From the NCBI GenBank assembly GCA_964344625.1, contig CAYFNZ010000003.1:1-56442 (forward strand): a DNA stretch of 56,442 bases. Direction: 5' to 3'. This DNA comes from an uncultured Peptoniphilaceae bacterium. Its GTDB lineage: Bacteria; Bacillota; Clostridia; Tissierellales; Peptoniphilaceae. Numbering within the stretch: position 1 is the stretch's first letter; the number at the start of each line of letters is the position of its first letter. Below are positions 1-6,706 of the stretch, one piece after another. Made by a program: the position numbers and the translations under genes. The notes under the pieces were generated by a model. The model saw only the letters and a list, made by a program, of their open reading frames with translations. It was not told the origin of the DNA and made no database searches.

Positions 1-17
1 TGCAGTAAAAATGTATT

Positions 18-89
18 AAAAATGGAAAGTATGTTGCAACGAGGAATGCACGAAGTGCCCCGCAGTAAAACATACTTTCCATTTTTTTT
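18..89. terminator. Convergent hairpin terminator: perfect 15-bp stem (21-35 / 69-83), about 33-nt GC-rich loop, A-run before and T-run after
   Basis: aatggaaagtatgtt and aacatactttccatt are exact reverse complements. The T-run 82-89 overlaps the EIIB stop codon. It probably also ends an off-window plus-strand gene. Confidence 0.6.
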
Positions 90-420
90 ATGAAAATATT
101 ATTTCTTTTATTTTTCCTGTTATTTTTTCTAGTGGCTTCTTTTCTGTTTCTTCATCTATGGTGTATTCTTCTACACCTGCAGCATCAATAAATTCTTTGT
201 AGAAGTCTTCAACTTCAGGTCCAATTACAACTTGGTATTGACCACCTTGAACAAAGCTTCCCTTAACATTTTCTAGTTGATTAATTTTATCAGAGTATAA
301 GACATCTGTATCTTTTAAGAAAAATCTCAATCTACTTGAACAGTGTTTAACTCCTCTAATGTTATTTCTACCGCCTATGAACTTTAAAATTTCATAAACA
401 TCATCTGTATACTTGCTCAT
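88..420 (-). CDS. Stand-alone PTS EIIB domain protein (glucose/sucrose-type EIIB), 110 aa
   Basis: Phosphocysteine motif VKHCSSRLRF and N-terminus are parallel to the EIIB part of the treB product in this window (THCVTRMRF). Strong SD AAGGAGG precedes the ATG. There is no EIIC part. Confidence 0.8.
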   Translation of the reverse strand: MSKYTDDVYEILKFIGGRNNIRGVKHCSSRLRFFLKDTDVLYSDKINQLENVKGSFVQGGQYQVVIGPEVEDFYKEFIDAAGVEEYTIDEETEKKPLEKITGKIKEIIFS

Positions 421-600
421 AAAACCTCCTTATATAAATTTTCTATTATAGTTTTATTTTTAGTCTTTTATTTAATTACCTTATCAGGTTCATATATTAC
501 CATTATTCAAAGGAATAAACAATATTAATGCAAAAATAATAGGTTAGAAAAACAAAATATAATAATGGTTGCCTTTTCCATTAAAAATATTTAATAATAA

Positions 601-631
601 AGAGTGGATACCAGAAATCGGCAGCCACTCT
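601..631 (-). terminator. Hairpin (agagtgg / ccactct) about 40 nt downstream of the MATE gene stop, followed by a T-rich tract on the minus strand
   Basis: 7-bp inverted repeat read directly; the T-rich flank is imperfect. Confidence 0.45.
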
Positions 632-669
632 CGTCTTTTATATTATTAAATAGTTTCAATAGTAGTATT

Positions 670-1998
670 TTAGCTATTTCTTGTTTTTAAATAGTAAATT
701 AATCCAAAGGCATCAGCTAAGAACCAACCAATTACAATTGACCACCAAATACCAGTTGTGCCAATATGTGACATAGGGGCTAGGATGTAGGCTAAAAGAA
801 CCCTAGTTCCTAAGGATAGGATGGTAAGCACTATTGACATGGCTGGCTTTGCTACAGCCCTATAATAGCCATAAAGTAAAAATAGGATTCCTATTCCTAC
901 ATAAAAGGCTCCCTCAGTCCTTAAATACTTTGTACCAACTGATAAAATCTCTACACTTGGACTATCTAAAAATATAGAAATTAGGCCATCTGCAAAGATA
1001 AAGACTAGGATGGAAATCAGAAGTGAAAAGCAAATAACCAATAAAAGGGCTTTTCTGAATCCTTCCTTAATTCTTTTTTTGTTGCCAGCACCATAATTTT
1101 GAGCAACGAAAATGGAAAAAGCATTTCCAAAGTCTTGCACAGGCATGTAGGCAAAAGCATCGATTTTTACTCCTGCTGCGAAGGCAGCCATGGTAGATGG
1201 ACCAAAGCTATTTACAAGTCCTTGAATCATAAGGATACCAAAATTCATGACTGATTGTTGAATAGAGGTCATAATAGAAAAATTTGATATTTCCTTTATA
1301 GATTCTATATCTAAAATTGTATCGCCTTTTTTGTACCTTAAATCATCGTTTTTGATCCAAGCGAAGGCAAATATGCCTAAGCCAGAGATGTATTGGGAGA
1401 TGACTGTTGCAACAGCCGCTCCAAAGATTCCCATGGAAAATGTCTTAACAAATAGATAGTCTAGAAAAATATTTAAGACTACTGAAATTGCAAGAAAAAT
1501 CATAGGGGTCCTTGAATCACCAATAGACCTATAGATACTGGCTACATAATTATATAAAGAAGTCGCTATAAAACCAGCAAATATAATAATTAGGTATTCC
1601 TTCATAAGTGGAAAAACCTCTTGAGGTACATTCATAAAAGCGATAATCTGATCAATGAATATGTAGGCTAGGATGTTGAGTATGATTGTAACAGAAAATA
1701 TTAGGACAAATGAAGAATACACGCTTTTTTTCAAGCCTTGATAGTCTTTTTGTCCAAATTTTATTGAAAATACACTTCCTGATCCTAAAGCTAGACCATA
1801 AATAATAGAAGTGATAAAAATCATAAAAGTAAAAGAAGACCCTACTGCTGCAAGGGCATCAGGTCCTATAAACCTACCTACAATTATGGTATCAGCGATG
1901 TTATAAAATTGTTGCAATAAATTACTAATAAATAAGGGAACCGACAAGGTCAAAATTGACTTAATTACCGGTCCCTCTAACATATATCTCTTTTCCAC
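670..1998 (-). CDS. MATE family multidrug/toxic compound efflux transporter, 442 aa
   Basis: About 12 hydrophobic segments. The N-terminal pattern ILTLSVPLFISNLLQQFYNIADTIIVGRFIGPDALAAVG is typical of NorM/DinF-type MATE proteins. The GTG start is uncertain; an ATG lies 15 nt downstream. Confidence 0.88.
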   Translation of the reverse strand: MEKRYMLEGPVIKSILTLSVPLFISNLLQQFYNIADTIIVGRFIGPDALAAVGSSFTFMIFITSIIYGLALGSGSVFSIKFGQKDYQGLKKSVYSSFVLIFSVTIILNILAYIFIDQIIAFMNVPQEVFPLMKEYLIIIFAGFIATSLYNYVASIYRSIGDSRTPMIFLAISVVLNIFLDYLFVKTFSMGIFGAAVATVISQYISGLGIFAFAWIKNDDLRYKKGDTILDIESIKEISNFSIMTSIQQSVMNFGILMIQGLVNSFGPSTMAAFAAGVKIDAFAYMPVQDFGNAFSIFVAQNYGAGNKKRIKEGFRKALLLVICFSLLISILVFIFADGLISIFLDSPSVEILSVGTKYLRTEGAFYVGIGILFLLYGYYRAVAKPAMSIVLTILSLGTRVLLAYILAPMSHIGTTGIWWSIVIGWFLADAFGLIYYLKTRNS

Positions 1999-2045
1999 AC
2001 CTATATTATAACATAAATATTAACAAAATATCATGAATTATATGC

Positions 2046-3677
2046 CTAGTATGAAAGAATTATTGAATTGTAAGGATATAATACTTGCGGTTCAAAATTT
2101 TTATAGTTGTTAAGCAAGATGGTATTATTGTCAGGAATAAATTTAGATACATCTTGCTTTTGGTCAGAAAAATTCATTAAGATTCTTAATTTTTCTTCTC
2201 CAATTATCCTATCAAAAATGTAGATTTTATCATCAAAATATACATTCTTATAGGCTCCATGAGAGATTGCAAGATGGTTTTTCCTTAGCTCGATTAAATC
2301 CTTATAGTAATAAAAAATTGAGTCCTCATTTTTGATAGCCTCTTCATAATTTATGGACTTATCAGGATGAACCGCCATCCAAGGCCTAGCACTTGTAAAT
2401 CCACCTAAGTCAGAATCGTCCCACCTTACAGGAACTCTAGCATTGTCCCTGGACTTTGCAGCCAAAATTTTAAGAGCCTCTTCTTGGGAAATGCCATTGG
2501 CTATTAAGATTTTATAATAGTTAATTGACTCATAATCCACGTAATCATCTATGGACGTAAAGCCTGGGTTTGTCATGCCTATTTCTTCGCCTTGATAGAC
2601 ATAGGGGGTTCCCCTCATCATATGGGTTAAGCATGCAATTGATGATGCTAGCTCATACTGGAATAAATCTGATTTTGCAAACCTGGAAAGGGCCCTAGGT
2701 TGGTCGTGGTTATTCATAAACCAAGCGGACCAGCCATTTCCTTCTTGAACCTCTTCTTGCCAGGTATCAAGAAGCTCAAAGAACTTGAACCAATCCATTT
2801 CTTGTAGGGTCCATTTTTGACCATCTTTGTAGTCTACCTTCATGTGGTGGAAGTTAAATGCCATAGAAAGGCCAGCATTTTCAGGGTTAGTGTACTTTAT
2901 TGAATTTTCTATAGAAGTTGAAGACAATTCTCCAACAGTAACACAATCTTCAATTTCTGCCTTTGAGAAAAGCTCTTTAAGCCATGGGGTAACCATTGGG
3001 CCATCGGTATAAAACCTTCTACCGTCACCTTCAAAGTCATCTTCAAATACATCTGGTTTTGATATGACATTGATTACGTCAAATCTAAAACCCTTTACAC
3101 CCTTGTTTTTCCAAAACTTTAGAACTTCAACAAGTTCTTCTCTAACTTCTGGATTTTTCCAATTAAGATCAGCTTGCTTTTCATGGTAAAGGTGTAGGTA
3201 ATACTTGCCAAGTTTTTCTTCATACTTCCAAGCAGGACCACCGAATTTAGAATCCCAATTTGTAGGTAGAGAGCCGTCTTCTTTACCATCTTTCAAAATG
3301 TAGTAATCTTGGTATTTTTCATCTCCAGCTAAGGCTTTTTGGAACCATTCATGATATGTAGATGTATGATTAAAGACCATATCTAACATGATACCTATTC
3401 CACATTGATTGGCTTTGGTGATTAGTTCTTCAAAGTCATCGAAATCTCCAAATACTGGATCAATAGCGCAATAGTCATCGACATCATAGCCATTGTCAAA
3501 TTGGTGGGAAGGATAGATAGGGGATAACCAGATTAAGTCTACTCCTAGTTTTTGAAGATAAGGGAGTCTTTTAATGACTCCCTGTAAATCTCCAATACCA
3601 TCATTATTTGTATCCTGAAAACTCTTAGGATAAATTTGATAAATTGTTGATTTCTTAAAATCTTTAAGCATTTGCAT
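2046..3677 (-). CDS. treC: Alpha,alpha-phosphotrehalase (trehalose-6-phosphate hydrolase), GH13, 543 aa
   Basis: IYQIYPKSFQD, DMVFNHTS, GFRFDVIN, GDGRRFYTDGP, GELSSTS, NFHHMKVDY..KWTL and SKSRDNARVP closely parallel E. coli TreC as I remember it. It overlaps the treB stop. Confidence 0.9.
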   Translation of the reverse strand: MQMLKDFKKSTIYQIYPKSFQDTNNDGIGDLQGVIKRLPYLQKLGVDLIWLSPIYPSHQFDNGYDVDDYCAIDPVFGDFDDFEELITKANQCGIGIMLDMVFNHTSTYHEWFQKALAGDEKYQDYYILKDGKEDGSLPTNWDSKFGGPAWKYEEKLGKYYLHLYHEKQADLNWKNPEVREELVEVLKFWKNKGVKGFRFDVINVISKPDVFEDDFEGDGRRFYTDGPMVTPWLKELFSKAEIEDCVTVGELSSTSIENSIKYTNPENAGLSMAFNFHHMKVDYKDGQKWTLQEMDWFKFFELLDTWQEEVQEGNGWSAWFMNNHDQPRALSRFAKSDLFQYELASSIACLTHMMRGTPYVYQGEEIGMTNPGFTSIDDYVDYESINYYKILIANGISQEEALKILAAKSRDNARVPVRWDDSDLGGFTSARPWMAVHPDKSINYEEAIKNEDSIFYYYKDLIELRKNHLAISHGAYKNVYFDDKIYIFDRIIGEEKLRILMNFSDQKQDVSKFIPDNNTILLNNYKNFEPQVLYPYNSIILSY

Positions 3678-5112
3678 CAGCCCTTTTGTTAAGTATTACA
3701 GTTAAAACTATAGGAACTATGATGGAAATTAAGATACCTATAAATACGATACCCCATTTTTCAAATGGGAAGGATAAAAATCCTGGAAGTCCACCTACAC
3801 CGATTGATAGGGCACCAGTTTTTGTAACTACCATGAATAAGCCTGCTATTGCAGAGCCTATCATACCTGCTAGGAATGGAGTTCTGTACTTTAAGTTAAC
3901 CCCGAACATAGCAGGTTCAGTTACACCTAGGTAACAAGAAATAGCAGCTGGAACACCAACTTCTTTTAATTTTTCATTGCCCTTGTTAGCAAGTAGGGTA
4001 CCTACTACTGCGGAACCTTGTGCGATATTTGACATCATAATCATAGGCCATAAAAGTGTAGTATTATCAGCAGTACTTGCGATAAGTTGTAGGTCTATAG
4101 CATTTGTCATATGGTGAAGACCTGTAATAACTAATGGGGCATATAGGAAGCCAAAAACAGCTGCAAATAGCCAGTTAACGGCAGAAGTAAGTCCTGCATA
4201 AACCACATTAGCAATCCATGTACCAATTGTCCAACCTATTGGTCCTAAAATTGTATGTGCAACAATAATTGATATTAATAGGGAAAAGAATGGTACGAAA
4301 ATAATTTGTACAACACTTGGAATAATCTTTTTAAAGAATTTTTCCAAATAAGCTAAAGTAAATCCGGCAAAGATAGCTGGTAGAACTTGAGCTTGGTAAC
4401 CAATCATATTAACTTTAGCAAATACAAAGTCCCATACAGGAATATCCGCAGGAGCAGTACTTGCAACGGCATAAGCGTTCAATAATTGAGGGGATACTAG
4501 GGTAATACCTAAAACTATACCTAAGATTTGAGTAGTTCCCATCTTTTTAGTAACGGACCATGTAATACCTACAGGTAGGAAGTGGAAGATAGCTTCACCT
4601 GGTAACCATAAGAAATGGTTAACACCTGCCCAGAAAGGATGTAGGTCTGTTATTGTCTTAGTACCATCTTTAAGCATGAATACGCCAGCATCATTAAACA
4701 TTTTTACCGCTTCTAAGATATTTCTAAAGCCAAGGATTAAACCACCTACTATAATTGCTGGAATAATTGGGGCAAAAATTTCTGCTAAGGTAGACATGAA
4801 TTTTTGCAAACCTGATTGATTAGACTTAGCTTCAGACTTTACTTCTTCTTTAGATACACCTTCTATACCAGAAGCTTTTGTGAATTCGTTGTAGAATTCT
4901 TGTACTTCATTACCAATAATTACTTGGAATTGTCCAGCTTGTGTGAAAGTACCCTTAACTGAAGGAAGGGATTCAATCTTTTCGATATCCGCTTTTTTTG
5001 AATCGATTAGGACAAATCTCATTCTTGTAACACAGTGGGTTACAGCCTTAATATTTTCTTTTCCGCCAACATATTCTAATAGTTTGTTAGCATCTTGTGT
5101 AAACTTTGACAT
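3664..5112 (-). CDS. treB: PTS trehalose-specific EIIBC component, 482 aa (no EIIA domain)
   Basis: N-terminal EIIB domain with THCVTRMRF, followed by a polytopic EIIC domain. SD AAAGGAGG precedes the ATG, and it lies directly upstream of treC. Confidence 0.88.
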   Translation of the reverse strand: MSKFTQDANKLLEYVGGKENIKAVTHCVTRMRFVLIDSKKADIEKIESLPSVKGTFTQAGQFQVIIGNEVQEFYNEFTKASGIEGVSKEEVKSEAKSNQSGLQKFMSTLAEIFAPIIPAIIVGGLILGFRNILEAVKMFNDAGVFMLKDGTKTITDLHPFWAGVNHFLWLPGEAIFHFLPVGITWSVTKKMGTTQILGIVLGITLVSPQLLNAYAVASTAPADIPVWDFVFAKVNMIGYQAQVLPAIFAGFTLAYLEKFFKKIIPSVVQIIFVPFFSLLISIIVAHTILGPIGWTIGTWIANVVYAGLTSAVNWLFAAVFGFLYAPLVITGLHHMTNAIDLQLIASTADNTTLLWPMIMMSNIAQGSAVVGTLLANKGNEKLKEVGVPAAISCYLGVTEPAMFGVNLKYRTPFLAGMIGSAIAGLFMVVTKTGALSIGVGGLPGFLSFPFEKWGIVFIGILISIIVPIVLTVILNKRADANA

Positions 5113-5220
5113 ACTAGCCTCCTTTATCTTAATATATATAGGGCTTTCATAAATTTCCTTTCAATTTATAATTAATTGATTATAAATAAAATGATAACAT
5201 GATTATTTGAATTTTAAAAG

Positions 5221-5253
5221 AAAAAAAATATAGGGGATACAATTAGTACCCCC
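5221..5253 (-). terminator. Intrinsic terminator on the minus strand: stem gggg(g)tac / gta(t)cccc then T8
   Basis: Plus strand reads aaaaaaaa-ta-ggggatacaattagtaccccc. On the minus strand the hairpin is followed by ta + 8 T. Confidence 0.6.
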
Positions 5254-5433
5254 AAGTAAGTAGTCTCCATTCTCCATTTTCTGAACGACCAAGCCACCAT
5301 TGATAATTTTCGTAAAGCTTATTAGCTTCAAGAACTTCATTTCCTTTTTGACATCAGATTTACTACTGCATGCACTTAAGGCTCCTAAGATTATAAGACA
5401 AGCGATTGTTAATGTTATCCATCTTTTTTTTAT
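5243..5433 (-). pseudogene. Decayed small lipoprotein gene (signal peptide + lipobox, no canonical start, probable frameshift)
   Basis: On the minus strand, SD AAGGAG (5440-5445) is followed after 6 nt by ATA AAA AAA AGA TGG. This encodes KKRWITLTIACLIILGALSAC-SS (lipobox LSAC), but the frame has no ATG/GTG/TTG. After an A5 run (5345-5349) the protein-like continuation GNEVLEANKLYENYQWWLGRSENGEWRLLTWGY-stop lies in another frame. That frame ends at 5243-5245 inside the terminator loop. Confidence 0.35.
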
Positions 5434-5575
5434 GACTTGCTCCTTAGATTAGTTTATTTTGCTATTATGTTTATAATAATTATAAGTCAAAAATAATTTG
5501 TGTACAAGAAAAGCAGAAAATCTTTATGTGATAGTTATACAGGGTATAGGAGATTTAAATTTAGATACCTATCAT

Positions 5576-5607
5576 TTTTGTCACAAAATAATAATTTTGT
5601 GACAAAA
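5576..5607. repeat. Perfect 14-bp inverted repeat, equivalently two 13-bp palindromes TTTTGT-C-ACAAAA and TTTTGT-G-ACAAAA spaced 19 bp centre to centre; operator-like
   Basis: ttttgtcacaaaat-aata-attttgtgacaaaa read directly. The GT-N-AC core resembles the generic GntR-family operator pattern. Confidence 0.5.
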
Positions 5608-5615
5608 TATACCTG

Positions 5616-5648
5616 AAAAAATAAGAAGAGCCACTATGGACTCTTTTT
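5616..5648. terminator. Bidirectional hairpin terminator (A-run, stem aagagcca / tgg-a-ctctt, T-run) with no adjacent gene on either side
   Basis: aaaaaataagaagagccactatggactcttttt read directly. Confidence 0.5.
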
Positions 5649-5822
5649 ATCCTGATTTTTTAATTTGATTGTTTTAGCTTTATTTTGGATTATTAGCTGT
5701 GATTTATTTCATTTTCTTTTATTCCGATTGCTGATAATCTTTTAGAATGCAAACAAATCAAAATTTTGAATCTTCATATTCTCTTATAAAATTATATAAG
5801 TTTAAAATTTGCTAGCTACTTT

Positions 5823-5850
5823 AACATGGATTTTTCAACATGGATTTTTC
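5823..5850 (+). repeat. Perfect tandem duplication of a 14-mer (aacatggatttttc x2)
   Basis: Read directly. The reading of this stretch is cross-checked by the ORF-track translation of 5809..6027. Confidence 0.8.
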
Positions 5851-6136
5851 GGATCGTTTTGTATTTGTACTATAGATATTTTATCATTTAGACCTATTTA
5901 TCTTAATTTACAAGATTATAATCAGTTTTTTATCGGTTTTTCGCTTCTAAGCCTAAATTTGGGCTTATTTTCGATTTTAAGACGAAAACACCCCTTTAAC
6001 GACTATTTATACCTAAATAGAAATTAAATCGCTTAAAATTGATTTTAGACCCTAAATTTTTAGGACATTTGAGGACTAGCTAGTTAATTTTTGTTTTTTT
6101 ATAATTTTAGCGTTAAATTTTTAAGAATATGCTTTT

Positions 6137-6619
6137 TTAGAACAAATACATTACTCCGCCGCTAATTATACTTACGATTATACCGGATGTTAAATTTCCT
6201 AAAATAACTGTTATGACTGACTTGATTTTATTCATACCAAGTAGATGTGATATTAAGGATCCTGTCCAAACACCTGTACCTGGAAGTGGAATTGCTACAA
6301 ATAAAAATAAGCCCCAGTATCCGTACTTATCAATTTGATCTCTTTTGCTTAAAGTTTTATTGGTTATCTTAGTGATTAGCTTGTCGAAAAAGTTTATCTT
6401 TCTTAGAAGCATAAAAACATAGCCTATCAAATATACTATGAATACAGTTGGTATTGATGAACCAATAAATGAAATTAGAAAAGAATTTTTATAGTCAATT
6501 CCTAGACTAAGAGCAACCGGTATGGCGCCTCTTAATTCTATGATTGGAAACATTGACAATAAAAAAACCGCAACTTCTTTTGTAAAATGTGTCTTAAAAA
6601 ATTCTATTAAACCGATCAT
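6137..6619 (-). CDS. Small membrane protein, putative small multidrug export protein family (COG2426-like), 160 aa
   Basis: Four hydrophobic segments. The pattern FLLSMFPIIELRGAIPVAL near the N-terminus is as I recall for this family. SD AAGGAG lies 5 nt before the ATG. Confidence 0.7.
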   Translation of the reverse strand: MIGLIEFFKTHFTKEVAVFLLSMFPIIELRGAIPVALSLGIDYKNSFLISFIGSSIPTVFIVYLIGYVFMLLRKINFFDKLITKITNKTLSKRDQIDKYGYWGLFLFVAIPLPGTGVWTGSLISHLLGMNKIKSVITVILGNLTSGIIVSIISGGVMYLF

Positions 6620-6706
6620 TTGATACTCCTTATTTTGCTTATGATATTATATCACAATAGAATTTTAAAATCTTTTTTATATGTTAAAATATATGTGGAG
6701 GTAGTT

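Noticed and set aside
421-600. Leader of the orphan EIIB gene, checked for a BglG/LicT-type RAT antiterminator (aaggcaacc resembles part of the RAT 3' half)
   Set aside because: The 5' half of the RAT consensus is absent and no overlapping terminator was seen.
3686-3934. 82-aa plus-strand ORF antisense to treB
   Set aside because: It lies entirely inside a well-supported gene on the other strand. It has no SD and a low-complexity composition. It looks like a typical shadow ORF.
5826-5891. 21-codon hydrophobic/aromatic ORF (MDFSTWIFRIVLYLYYRYFII) whose ATG lies in the tandem repeat; considered as a type I toxin in a par/Fst-like layout (direct repeats + bidirectional terminator nearby)
   Set aside because: It has no Shine-Dalgarno, arginines interrupt the would-be TM helix, and there is no convincing convergent antitoxin promoter. 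The bidirectional terminator (5616-5648) is upstream rather than downstream of it.
5809-6027. 72-aa plus-strand ORF in the gene-poor spacer
   Set aside because: It has a TTG start without an SD and its translation is dominated by F/L/I from T-rich DNA. It spans the tandem repeat and a hairpin terminator. It is more likely non-coding.
5961-6052. Two similar ~24-nt units (GCTTA....GATTTTA(A)GAC) about 69 bp apart, considered as a CRISPR remnant
   Set aside because: There are only two imperfect copies and no cas genes in the window. The units are AT-rich and partly overlap other repeats.
6620-6706. N-terminal 29-codon extension of the recombinase ORF in the track
   Set aside because: It would start at the first base after the divergent gene and encodes junk hydrophobic sequence. 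The ATG at 6707 has a GGAGG SD.
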